Shown piece after piece: positions 1 through 8,945 of a stretch of DNA of 64,000 bases (the first letter of the stretch is position 1; every line of letters begins with the position of its first letter). Origin of the DNA: a virus; IMG/VR virus record IMGVR_UViG_3300022907_000007, positions 1-64,000 of that record; one strand, given 5' to 3'. The notes under the pieces are model-generated. The model was not told where the DNA came from. It searched no databases and worked only from the letters and a program-made list of their open reading frames with translations. The position numbers and the translations under genes are program-made.

Positions 1-127
1 GGTTCTCCGTGGAGAGCCTACAACAGAGGCAGAGTTCAACGAAATGTTCCGCAAGGTCACTGGAGCAGACGCTAATGGTAGTGCCATTGAGTCAGCTAAC
101 TCAGCAGACTGGGGCGTAACGTGGACT
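1..127 (+). repeat. 127-bp exact direct repeat, copy 1 (copy 2 at 38929-39055)
   Basis: ggttctccgtggagagcc...ggcgtaacgtggact is identical at both places; the sequences diverge at the next base (gaa vs cag). Confidence 0.95.
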
Positions 128-340
128 GAAGTCTCTGCAAAGCAAGCAGAGCTTACAGCGGCAGAGCCTATGAAGGCATTGCGTGCAGAGCGTGATCGTT
201 TGATTGCCGCTACTGACTGGTGGGCATCATCTGATCTGACCATGACTGCTGAACAGACTGCATACCGTCAGGCACTGCGTGACATCACAGACACAGCAAC
301 TTCTTTAGATGACGTAACTTGGCCTACAAAGCCGGAGTAA
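1..340 (+). CDS. 3' part of a tail fibre assembly/chaperone-like protein (N-terminus lies at 38882-38928 if phage A is circular)
   Basis: C-terminal LRAERDRLIAATDWW...YRQALRDIT...WPTKP motif of tail assembly chaperones; homologue of 38882..39265. Confidence 0.7.
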   Translation, partial: VLRGEPTTEAEFNEMFRKVTGADANGSAIESANSADWGVTWTEVSAKQAELTAAEPMKALRAERDRLIAATDWWASSDLTMTAEQTAYRQALRDITDTATSLDDVTWPTKPE

Positions 341-343
341 GAG

Positions 344-1369
344 ATGACTCGTGCAAGAGACTTAGCCAACGTAGCAGATGACGTATCAACCGGGACGGTG
401 GTGACCACTGCATCTCCATCGTTGGGGCGCAGGAATCTCATCATCAATGGTGCGATGCAGGTGGCACAGCGTGGGACGAGTATTACGTTAGGTGCAGGAA
501 CAGGGACGTATACGCTAGATAGGGTGCGATCTCAGTCAAACGGTGGCGGTATTACAGTCTCACAAGAAACAAATGCAATCAGTGGTATTGGAACACAGAA
601 GATGTGCCGTTACACAGGTGCATCAGGTGTCACAGGCGTTTATTACATTTATCGTATTGAGAGTAAGGATGTTGCTCAGATTAACGGCAACAGCGTTACT
701 TTCTCCATCTATATAGAAAACAACTCTGGTGCAAGTATTAGTCCTACTATTGATTACTACCATCCGACAGCGGCAGATAACTTTAGTGGTAATACAACTG
801 TTGCAAGTGGAGTAGCATTGGGAACTGTTGCTAACGGTAGTTCAGCCAGATTAACTGCAACAACTGATGTAAGTGGCACAACAATTACTAATGGCCTAAT
901 GTTACAAGTTAATTTTGGATCAGCACTTACATCGGGCACTATTGATTTCACCGGAGTCCAACTAGAAGTCGGCTCTGTTGCGACACCTTTCGAGCATCGC
1001 TCATTCGGGGAGGAGCTTGCGTTGTGTCAGAGGTATTATGAAGTTTTAGCAAATGGGGCCGATAGCTCTTCCGGTTGTATAGGTAGTGGTAATTACTACA
1101 CCTCAACTAGTTTTCATTTACCTGTTAAATTTCAAGTACAAAAAAGAACCACATCATATTCATTAGATCAGGTAACGGGAACATACTTTTATCGTGTCTA
1201 TCGTGAAAGCGGAAACGATCAATTTGATTCATTTGGCTTAACTCGCAAAGGCGCACAATCTTGTACGTTATATAAAGGAAGTGGTTCAGTATCTAGCACG
1301 GCGGGAAATGGTGGCGAATTCTTATGCAATAATGCTAGTGCTTTTGTTGCTATTGATAATGAGTTATAG
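344..1369 (+). CDS. Tail fibre/receptor-binding protein with carbohydrate-binding-like domain
   Basis: RNLIINGAMQVAQRG and GVQLEVGSVATPFEHRS..EELALCQRYY motifs typical of marine phage fibre proteins. Confidence 0.7.
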   Translation: MTRARDLANVADDVSTGTVVTTASPSLGRRNLIINGAMQVAQRGTSITLGAGTGTYTLDRVRSQSNGGGITVSQETNAISGIGTQKMCRYTGASGVTGVYYIYRIESKDVAQINGNSVTFSIYIENNSGASISPTIDYYHPTAADNFSGNTTVASGVALGTVANGSSARLTATTDVSGTTITNGLMLQVNFGSALTSGTIDFTGVQLEVGSVATPFEHRSFGEELALCQRYYEVLANGADSSSGCIGSGNYYTSTSFHLPVKFQVQKRTTSYSLDQVTGTYFYRVYRESGNDQFDSFGLTRKGAQSCTLYKGSGSVSSTAGNGGEFLCNNASAFVAIDNEL

Positions 1370-1377
1370 GGGTTGAT

Positions 1378-1566
1378 ATGGATATTGTTTTGGCAAAATA
1401 CACAAAGGCTCCAACAGAAACAGAAAATACTGCGGTGTATGTAGTTTTAAATACAAACCCATCAAGGGCATTGTCAGTCCCACTAGACCCTGCCAACCGC
1501 CACTACGCAGAAATCATGCGTCAGGTTGATGCGGGTGAGCTAACCATACAAGAAGCAGACAGCTAA
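1378..1566 (+). CDS. Small fibre-associated protein
   Basis: VPLDPANRHYAEI motif; homologue of 41388..41582. Confidence 0.6.
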   Translation: MDIVLAKYTKAPTETENTAVYVVLNTNPSRALSVPLDPANRHYAEIMRQVDAGELTIQEADS

Positions 1567-1575
1567 GGACGGAGT

Positions 1576-1767
1576 GTGAAAGAGATGGCAACAGAAAGCA
1601 CGAAAACTTTAGTAGACGGTTTAAGTGTAGTCACTGTGGTAGGAACGATTGGTGAACTGTTGCCTCCGATGGCGGCGTTGTTTACATTAGTATGGACAGC
1701 AATAAGGATCTACGAGACAAAGACAGTACAGAGGTTATTGGGCAAGGACAGCCCCGATGATAGCTGA
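1576..1767 (+). CDS. Small membrane protein, putative holin
   Basis: Hydrophobic segments in 63 aa; GGAG RBS upstream. Confidence 0.45.
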   Translation: MKEMATESTKTLVDGLSVVTVVGTIGELLPPMAALFTLVWTAIRIYETKTVQRLLGKDSPDDS

Positions 1768-2197
1768 ACTCGCCGCCGCTAATGCGGCCTTTGGCGTTAT
1801 CAAAGAAACCATCGCCAATGGTAAAGAACTGTATGAAGCAGGACAGGCACTAGCAGACTACTTTGGCCTCAAGGCTGAGATACAAAAGAAAGCACATGAA
1901 CACGGATATAAGTCTGACCTTGAAGCGTTCATGGCCACAGAGCAACTTAAAGAATATGAGGATGCTCTGAAACAAATGATGATCTGGCAAGGGCGAGCCG
2001 GGTTATGGACAGATTGGTTAGACTACCAGAGTAAGATGAAAGAAAGCCGTGAAGCCGCAGAGAAAGCTGAGAAAGCCAAGAAAGCTAAACGTAAAAAACA
2101 AATTGTTGATATTTGTATTAGCATCGGTTTGGGCGTTAGCGTTCTCTCAGCCATTGGCTTGGTAATATACATCTTCTATTGGCTCAGTAAACAGTAG
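1757..2197 (+). CDS. Hypothetical coiled-coil protein with C-terminal TM helix
   Basis: Homologue of 54587..55036 (shared GRAGLW.D motif). Confidence 0.6.
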   Translation: MIAELAAANAAFGVIKETIANGKELYEAGQALADYFGLKAEIQKKAHEHGYKSDLEAFMATEQLKEYEDALKQMMIWQGRAGLWTDWLDYQSKMKESREAAEKAEKAKKAKRKKQIVDICISIGLGVSVLSAIGLVIYIFYWLSKQ

Positions 2198-2204
2198 GTC
2201 ACCT

Positions 2205-2387
2205 ATGTGGTTATTATTTGCAATCCTAATTCAGTCTGATAGCTACGCTGTCTATCCTCAAGGGCCATTTGCAACAATGGACGAGTGCTTTGAAGCCCGT
2301 GAGTATTTCATGGCAACAGCACCACAGCCTAAGATAAACTATGAAGCAGTGTGTGTACAGACGGATGTAACAGGAAATGCCTCATGA
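2205..2387 (+). CDS. Small hypothetical protein with hydrophobic N-terminus
   Basis: ORF in operon; GPF.TM.EC...AVC pattern. Confidence 0.5.
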   Translation: MWLLFAILIQSDSYAVYPQGPFATMDECFEAREYFMATAPQPKINYEAVCVQTDVTGNAS

Positions 2388-2749
2388 TTGGGTTAGTCAC
2401 AGCTATCACGGACTTGGCAGGTACATGGGTCAAGAGCAAGGCGGAATCAACCAAGGCCACCGCAGAGGCCAAAGCCACCGCACTGAAAACAGCGGCACAG
2501 TCCACAGCGGATTGGGAACGCATCATGGCCGAGTCATCCAAGAACTCGTGGAAAGACGAGTGGTTAACGATAGTATTCAGCATCCCCTTGATACTTGTCT
2601 TTATACCAAGCATGGTAGGACATATCCAAGCGGGGTTCAACGCATTGGCAACTTTGCCGATTTGGTATCATGAGATTCTCATGGTAATTGTACTGGCCTC
2701 ATTCGGTGTCAAAGCCGGTAAAGGTCTTATGGAAACATTAAGGAAATAA
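2384..2749 (+). CDS. Holin-like membrane protein (3TM type)
   Basis: SWKDEW motif plus TM helices; ATGA overlap with upstream stop; homologue of 56162..56539. Confidence 0.55.
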   Translation: MIGLVTAITDLAGTWVKSKAESTKATAEAKATALKTAAQSTADWERIMAESSKNSWKDEWLTIVFSIPLILVFIPSMVGHIQAGFNALATLPIWYHEILMVIVLASFGVKAGKGLMETLRK

Positions 2750-2751
2750 TC

Positions 2752-2994
2752 ATGCCATTAAAAATTGTAGTTGATGGAAAGACTAAAAAGACTATCCCAC
2801 CAAAGAAAAAACAACCGCCTAAAAAAAACTACGATCCTAAAAAAGGCTCACCTAACGCAGTTAAGTCTATGTCTGCAAAAACTCAAGGCAGTGGTAAAGC
2901 AAAAGCGATGCCTAAAATTAAGAGTAAACCAAACTCAGCGGCAAAAGGTTTTTATATGAAACCTAAAACTAAAGTTACTAAAAGAGGTAAGTAA
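2752..2994 (+). CDS. Small Lys-rich basic protein
   Basis: Very high Lys content; N-terminus paralogous to next gene. Confidence 0.6.
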   Translation: MPLKIVVDGKTKKTIPPKKKQPPKKNYDPKKGSPNAVKSMSAKTQGSGKAKAMPKIKSKPNSAAKGFYMKPKTKVTKRGK

Positions 2995-2995
2995 G

Positions 2996-3196
2996 ATGCC
3001 ATTAGCAATTAAAGTTGACGGTAAAACTGTAAAGACTTTACCTCCAAAAAAGAAACACCGTGATCCGGGTGCAGATGATCGTATGAAAAAGTTTGAATCT
3101 TCTTTGCGTCAAACAATGGAGAAGCCTGCTAAAAAGAAACCATCTGCGTGCGGCCAAGGTTCTTGTTCATCTGCAAACATTAGAAATTATAAGTAA
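2996..3196 (+). CDS. Small Lys-rich basic protein (paralogue of 2752..2994)
   Basis: MPL.I.VDGKT.KT.PPKKK shared N-terminus. Confidence 0.6.
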   Translation: MPLAIKVDGKTVKTLPPKKKHRDPGADDRMKKFESSLRQTMEKPAKKKPSACGQGSCSSANIRNYK

Positions 3197-3393
3197 TGCC
3201 TCTGAAGAAAGGTTCTAGTCAAAAGACAATCTCTAGCAACATACGCACAGAGATCAAAGCAGGTAAACCGAGGAAACAAGCTGTGGCAATTGCAATGAAG
3301 AAAGCAGGTAAGTCAACATTCAAACCATGTAAGGGATGCCCGAGTCCTGCCGCTTGTAAGAAAGCAGGTAAGTGCAAGAAGAAGGGTAAGTAA
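3196..3393 (+). CDS. Small basic protein with CxxC-x5-C-x5-C motif
   Basis: [16 protein letters not shown]...KQAVAIA; [16 protein letters not shown]. Confidence 0.6.
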   Translation: MPLKKGSSQKTISSNIRTEIKAGKPRKQAVAIAMKKAGKSTFKPCKGCPSPAACKKAGKCKKKGK

Positions 3394-3683
3394 TGCCAAC
3401 AAAGAAAGACTCACGCCTCGCAAGAGCAGGTGTTAGTGGTTACAACAAACCAAAGCGTACTCCTAATCACCCTAAGAAGTCACACGTTGTAGTGGCTAAA
3501 CAAGGTGATCAAGTAAAGACTATTCGGTTTGGTGAGCAAGGTGCTAAGACTGCAGGCAAGCCTAAAGCAGGTGAGTCTGAAGCAATGCGTAAGAAACGTG
3601 CATCATTTAAAGCTCGGCATGGACGCAACATTAGTAAAGGTAAAATGTCAGCGGCATACTGGGCTGATAAAGTTAAGTGGTAG
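3393..3683 (+). CDS. Conserved basic phage protein
   Basis: IRFG...RASFKARH...SAAYWADKVKW; homologue of 55039..55290. Confidence 0.7.
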   Translation: MPTKKDSRLARAGVSGYNKPKRTPNHPKKSHVVVAKQGDQVKTIRFGEQGAKTAGKPKAGESEAMRKKRASFKARHGRNISKGKMSAAYWADKVKW

Positions 3684-3686
3684 GGG

Positions 3687-3715
3687 TTGACATTTGCACA
3701 AAAGTGTGCTATAAT
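3687..3715 (+). promoter_or_regulatory. sigma70 promoter for tail operon
   Basis: TTGACA-N17-TATAAT with extended -10 TGTG. Confidence 0.85.
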
Positions 3716-3741
3716 ATTAATCTCTTAAGTAGGAAACGCAA

Positions 3742-4386
3742 ATGACGTATCTTGAAATAGTAAACAATATTCTCAGACGCTTGAGAGAACGTACTGTCTC
3801 TACAGTAAACGAGACTGCGTATTCTACTCTGATTGGTGTGTTGATCAATGACGCAAAAGAAGAGTGTGAAAACGCTTGGAACTGGTCAGCACTACGTACT
3901 ACGTTGTCAGCAACCACTGTGTCTGGTACATTCAACTACGAACTCAACGGCACTAAGAATAGATTTAAAGTGTTGGATGTTGTGAATGACACAAGCAACT
4001 TCTTTATGACCTATCGTACTGCAAGTGAGTTTAATAACTGGTTCTTGAATCAAACTCCTGCGTATGGAACACCTAGGTACTACTCATTCAATGGTATCTC
4101 TAGTGATGGTGATACGCAAGTAGATTTATATCCTATTCCTAATGGTGCATTTAACTTACGCTTTAACGTAATCATGCCTCAAGCAGAATTGACAGCAGAT
4201 AGTAACGTACTACTAATTCCTGAAAAGCCAGTGCAAATGCTTGCGTATGCTAAAGCAGTCGAAGAGCGTGGTGAGGATGGCGGTGCTTCTGCAAACTCTG
4301 CCTACGCCACAGCACAACGTGTACTGAACGATGCAATTGCATTTGATTCAGCTAAACATCCTGAAGAAATTATCTGGACAGTATAA
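3742..4386 (+). CDS. Tail tubular protein A / head-tail adaptor
   Basis: MTYLEIVNNILRRLRE...WNWSALR...LYPIP pattern; position before a 509-aa beta-rich gene. Confidence 0.65.
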   Translation: MTYLEIVNNILRRLRERTVSTVNETAYSTLIGVLINDAKEECENAWNWSALRTTLSATTVSGTFNYELNGTKNRFKVLDVVNDTSNFFMTYRTASEFNNWFLNQTPAYGTPRYYSFNGISSDGDTQVDLYPIPNGAFNLRFNVIMPQAELTADSNVLLIPEKPVQMLAYAKAVEERGEDGGASANSAYATAQRVLNDAIAFDSAKHPEEIIWTV

Positions 4387-5916
4387 ATGGCTACTCCCTT
4401 ACAGTCAGCTAGTATTGCCGCACCGGGCTTCTTTGGATTAAACACCCAAGAGTCTGGTATTACGCTTGAGTCTGGCTTTGCACTACAAGCTACCAACTGT
4501 GTGATTGATAAGTTTGGACGCTTAGGTGCTAGAAAAGGTTGGCAATTTCTTGATGAGTCTACTGGTGTTGGTCTTCAAGGTATGCATCGGTTTATTGACA
4601 TTGATGCAACTGAATACTTTGGTGCGTGGTCAAATACAAACTTTTATATTTACTCTGCAGGTACGCTTAACGCTATTACCTACTCAGGATCACAGTCAAT
4701 TACTGAAGGTAACTGGCAAGCTGTTACATTAAACGATGCGGCGTACTTGTTCCAAAAGAACTATGAGCCATTGTACTTTGATACGGTTACTGGAACTATC
4801 TTAGATATCTCTGCATCTCCTTCAGCATCTGGTACACCGATTGAAGGTAACTGTGCATTGTCTGCGTATGGTCGAGTATGGACAGCAGATACAGCAACGA
4901 ACACTACCACAGTTTACTGGACTGACTTGCTTGATCCTACTCGTTGGAACTCAGGCACAGCAGGTAGCTTAGATCTGTCAAGTATTCTTGTCAATGGTAA
5001 TGACGAGATTATTGCATTAGGAGCGCACAACGGTTTCTTAATTATCTTCTGTAAGAACAACATTATTATCTTTGGCGACAGTGATACTGCTCAAACTTAC
5101 CTTGACCCTACGACACTGCAACTGGTAGAAGTTATTAACGGTGTTGGTTGTATTGCAAGAGACAGCTTACAGAACACAGGTACAGATATTTTATTCTTGT
5201 CTGACTCAGGTTTGATGTCGTTAGGCCGAGTCATTCAAGAGAAGTCAACACCAATGCGTGACTTGTCAAAGAACGTGCGTGATGATCTTGTGCAGTTAAT
5301 TGAATCTGAGACACCTGCTAATATTAAATCTACATACTCAGCAACAAACGCATTTTATTTACTTGCGTTTCCAACAACTAAACAAGTGTATTGTTTTGAT
5401 ATGCGTGCGCCATTAGAAGATGGATCGGCTCGTGTAACCATCTGGAACAACATGGAGTTTACTGAATGGCTTGGATTTGACGGTGAAATATACATGACTC
5501 ATGCGGATGGGCTTGCTAGATATGCCGGATACCAAGACAATGGTCAGTCATATCGTATGGTGTACTTTACAAACTACTTTGATCTTGGTGCGGCATCGCA
5601 AACAAAGATACTCAAACGTCTGTCTATGACTGTCATTGGAGCCACAGGACAGGACTTTGTTGTTAAGTCAGGGTTCGACTACAGTGACCAGTACAACTCC
5701 TATCCACTAACAGTACGTACAGGTACAGTGTATGAGTATAACGTAGCTGAGTACAACATTGGTGAATACTCAGGCGGTACATTGGTTGACACAGTACGTG
5801 CTCCAGGATCTGGCAGTGGATCAGTATTACAATTAGGATTTGAAGCAGACCTTAACGGTGGTGCTTTGTCAATACAAAAGATGGATGTCTATGTTAAACA
5901 AGGTAGGACAATCTAA
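4387..5916 (+). CDS. Tail tubular protein B / nozzle-like protein
   Basis: 509 aa, beta-propeller-like composition, GVGCIARDS motif, synteny. Confidence 0.6.
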   Translation: MATPLQSASIAAPGFFGLNTQESGITLESGFALQATNCVIDKFGRLGARKGWQFLDESTGVGLQGMHRFIDIDATEYFGAWSNTNFYIYSAGTLNAITYSGSQSITEGNWQAVTLNDAAYLFQKNYEPLYFDTVTGTILDISASPSASGTPIEGNCALSAYGRVWTADTATNTTTVYWTDLLDPTRWNSGTAGSLDLSSILVNGNDEIIALGAHNGFLIIFCKNNIIIFGDSDTAQTYLDPTTLQLVEVINGVGCIARDSLQNTGTDILFLSDSGLMSLGRVIQEKSTPMRDLSKNVRDDLVQLIESETPANIKSTYSATNAFYLLAFPTTKQVYCFDMRAPLEDGSARVTIWNNMEFTEWLGFDGEIYMTHADGLARYAGYQDNGQSYRMVYFTNYFDLGAASQTKILKRLSMTVIGATGQDFVVKSGFDYSDQYNSYPLTVRTGTVYEYNVAEYNIGEYSGGTLVDTVRAPGSGSGSVLQLGFEADLNGGALSIQKMDVYVKQGRTI

Positions 5917-6362
5917 TGAGTGCATATACTAAATCAACAGACTTTGCTTCTAAAGATGCATTGCTTACAGGTAACCCACTTAAGGTTGTCAAGGGTACAG
6001 AGATTGACGATGAGTTCAATGCAATTCAAACAGCAGTTAACTCTAAGGCAGACACTAACTCTCCTGCACTCTCTGGCACACCTACGGCCCCTACAGCTTC
6101 TGCAGGAACATCAACAACACAGATTGCAACAACAGCATTTGTTGATAATACTTATGCTCCTATTGCATCACCTACGTTGACGGGTACACCCTTAGCTCCA
6201 ACAGCTACAGCAGGTACAGATACAACACAGATTGCTACCACTGCTTTTGTTACTGCCGCTGTTGATGCTATTCCAGACCTAGAGTATGCATCTCAAACAA
6301 CCAAAGGTGGTGCAAGAATTTATATTTCTGGTGGTGATCTTTACATTTACACTCAGGACTAA
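5916..6362 (+). CDS. Short tail fibre-like protein
   Basis: Two SP.L.GTP.APTA.AGT.TTQIATTAFV repeats; homologue of 41607..42143. Confidence 0.65.
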   Translation: MSAYTKSTDFASKDALLTGNPLKVVKGTEIDDEFNAIQTAVNSKADTNSPALSGTPTAPTASAGTSTTQIATTAFVDNTYAPIASPTLTGTPLAPTATAGTDTTQIATTAFVTAAVDAIPDLEYASQTTKGGARIYISGGDLYIYTQD

Positions 6363-6364
6363 TC

Positions 6365-6823
6365 ATGGCTATTGTCGTAAACGGTGCAGTATTAGATTGG
6401 TATCAAGAAGCAGTATATCTTAACGGTACTGCGGTAAGTACGCCTAATTCACCGGGAGATGTTTATTTTAACGGTACTCGTGTGTTTGGTCTGACCAGTC
6501 CTGCATTTAGCTCAGAGACTACACTGACTACATTAAACCTTGCTCCTGATTCTTCTGATATTGAAAACTGGGTATCTGGATTAACAACAGAAATTACAGA
6601 TGCGTTTCATTCACACAGCTATGCTCAAGGGCCGGGGACAGATACAATCTATAGAATGTATTTAAAAGAAGGCTACCGATGGGTTACAGGTGATGGAACA
6701 TTTGTAGGTAGCGCAAGCCCCGGAACTCAAGTTGATGCATACTCCGGTAAATCTGTCACAGGGTTTAATACATCACATAACGGTGGAGTAAGCGGCACAC
6801 TACGTAGAGACGATGGCGTTTGA
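6365..6823 (+). CDS. Virion accessory protein
   Basis: Clear homologue of 42146..42592 (LAPDS.DIEN, QGPGTDT, NTSHNGG). Confidence 0.6.
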   Translation: MAIVVNGAVLDWYQEAVYLNGTAVSTPNSPGDVYFNGTRVFGLTSPAFSSETTLTTLNLAPDSSDIENWVSGLTTEITDAFHSHSYAQGPGTDTIYRMYLKEGYRWVTGDGTFVGSASPGTQVDAYSGKSVTGFNTSHNGGVSGTLRRDDGV

Positions 6824-7107
6824 TAAAAACACCAGTAGCAATACAACCTGCATACACGATTTACTTTGAACGGTTTGCAGATAGAACTTGGACTCACGCA
6901 GATGTACACAAGTGGACACCAAGTATTAAGAAAGAATTTAAACAAGTACATGGACTTTTACAGATGATGCATGGACAACCGTTTTTTTGTTTGACTGACA
7001 ACCCCAAGTTGGAGAAGTTCGTGCAGTCTATTGGTTATAAATATATACAAACATTGTCATGTGATGACGGAATAGATAGACCTATGTGGAGATATACAAA
7101 TGGGTAG
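6820..7107 (+). CDS. Small protein, possibly GNAT-fold (T7 gp13-like position)
   Basis: Lies between tail and internal virion genes; LEKFVQSIGY motif. Confidence 0.4.
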   Translation: MIKTPVAIQPAYTIYFERFADRTWTHADVHKWTPSIKKEFKQVHGLLQMMHGQPFFCLTDNPKLEKFVQSIGYKYIQTLSCDDGIDRPMWRYTNG

Positions 7108-8050
7108 CGCAGTAGGCTCAATTGCAGGGTCAGCTTTAGGAGGCATGGTCGGCGGCCCAATGGGAGCGCAACTAGGTGGTTCAATTGGTGGTAGTTTATT
7201 TGGCGGAGGCGGCGGAGGCGGCGTTGGCGGTGGCATGGGTATGTCTCGTGAAGCTATTGCTGAAGCTAAACGGCGAGCAGATCAAACATACTTTAAACCA
7301 TACACTGTAACATCTGCAACTGGGTCTACATCGTATGATCCTAGTAGTGGTTACCAGACAACCCTCAGTGCTCCATATCAGCAAATTATGGGTACAGCCC
7401 TTGGTGGTGCAGGTGATATGTTTGCACGGGCGGCGGCGTTTGATCCATCAGCGAGAGCCGCTGAAGTGTATGGAGAACAAGCGGCGTTACTACAACCACA
7501 GTTTGAACAACAGGCTACAGCATTACAGTCACGGTTATTTGGCGGTGGACGTTTAGGTCTCCGACTTGCGGGTGAAGGTGCAGGTTTAGGAGCAGGCTCT
7601 GGTATGGTACAGCCTGATGCGTTAGGACTTGGACAAGCACAGCAACAAACTCTTGCACAGCTTGCGGCTAATGCACGTACTCAAGCATTTGGTGAGCAGG
7701 CACAGCTTGGTCAGTTTGCTCAAGGATTACTTGGTGCAGGTACACAGATTAGCGAGCTTGAAAGATTACTTATGTCTCAAGGACTGGACGCAGAAACTGC
7801 ACGCTCTAACGCGGCGGCGATGGCGGGTAAACTTGCAACAGGTCAATTCTCTGATGCGGTCTCAGCACAGAATCGAGCACAACAGAACCAACAGAATCTT
7901 ATTAGTGGCATTGCCGGAGGTTTCTCAGGAGGCTTTGGTACAGCAAGTGGTGGTTTTGGTAGTGGCTTAACTAATAAAATTGGAACAGCAAGAGGATTGT
8001 TTGCGAACTACAATGATCCATACAAAGTAGGCGGAACATTCGGAGACTAA
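7100..8050 (+). CDS. Internal virion (ejection) protein
   Basis: Gly/Ala/Gln-rich; synteny. Confidence 0.55.
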   Translation: MGSAVGSIAGSALGGMVGGPMGAQLGGSIGGSLFGGGGGGGVGGGMGMSREAIAEAKRRADQTYFKPYTVTSATGSTSYDPSSGYQTTLSAPYQQIMGTALGGAGDMFARAAAFDPSARAAEVYGEQAALLQPQFEQQATALQSRLFGGGRLGLRLAGEGAGLGAGSGMVQPDALGLGQAQQQTLAQLAANARTQAFGEQAQLGQFAQGLLGAGTQISELERLLMSQGLDAETARSNAAAMAGKLATGQFSDAVSAQNRAQQNQQNLISGIAGGFSGGFGTASGGFGSGLTNKIGTARGLFANYNDPYKVGGTFGD

Positions 8051-8051
8051 C

Positions 8052-8939
8052 ATGGCACAAACACGTAATCAAGTATTATCATTATTCGGTATGTCTCCTG
8101 ATCAAATTATGCAACAGGAGCAAGAAGCTCGACGTAAAGAAATTGCCGCAATTGAAGATCCTTATCGCCGTTCAGGTATGCAAATGGGTCAGCAAATTGA
8201 AGGTATGTTTGGAGGAGGTGCTGAATCTCCTGACGTTACAAGAGCGCGTCAACTTCAAGCTACATTACAAAATGTTAACATGAGTGACCCTGATCAAATG
8301 ACAGCGGCGGCACAGGTATTACACCAAGCAGGGTTTTCTAATGAAGCATTACAATTGTTAGCTCGTGCAGATGACTTCCGTACTACTGCTCAAACTCGTG
8401 AAACATCAGCGGCACAACAAGCCCAACTAGAAACTCAAGCAGGTCAAGTACAAGTCCCAATCTTAACAATGAAGACTACTGTAAATCTAGATGGGTCAAC
8501 AAGTACCACGCCTACAGTTTCTAATGTGTACGTGCCAAAAGAACAACGACAAGAATATCTTGACAGATTTAATCAAGCTATGCAAGGCGGTGGTGCAACT
8601 GACGACACTAATCAACCACAACCAGACGCTATTGTAACAACTAAAACTGGAGCAAGAGTAGGTCTTTACGGGGATAAATATTATTTCTTGACAGATGATA
8701 ATAAGCAAGCCGGATTAGTCCCTGACATTGAAGAGTTAGGCGGAGTTGCAAGTTCTGAAACTGAAGCAGAAAAAAAACCAAAGGGTGAAGTTAAACCTCG
8801 ACCTCCAAGTCCTGCTTATGGTGGCAAAACTAAAAAGCAAGATGAATGGGATAAACAGTATGGAGAAACTTATAATCCTGACGGAACTCGAAAAGGAAAT
8901 CAAGATCCAAACGCAGGTTACACCTTTGATATGGGATAA
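8052..8939 (+). CDS. Internal virion protein
   Basis: Gln-rich helical protein; synteny. Confidence 0.5.
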   Translation: MAQTRNQVLSLFGMSPDQIMQQEQEARRKEIAAIEDPYRRSGMQMGQQIEGMFGGGAESPDVTRARQLQATLQNVNMSDPDQMTAAAQVLHQAGFSNEALQLLARADDFRTTAQTRETSAAQQAQLETQAGQVQVPILTMKTTVNLDGSTSTTPTVSNVYVPKEQRQEYLDRFNQAMQGGGATDDTNQPQPDAIVTTKTGARVGLYGDKYYFLTDDNKQAGLVPDIEELGGVASSETEAEKKPKGEVKPRPPSPAYGGKTKKQDEWDKQYGETYNPDGTRKGNQDPNAGYTFDMG

Positions 8940-8945
8940 TGTCCA

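Noticed and set aside
128-340. Diversity-generating retroelement TR/VR pair with 39056-39265 or the fibre anchors
   Set aside because: Mismatches are not adenine-specific and no reverse transcriptase is present; better explained as homologues from two phages
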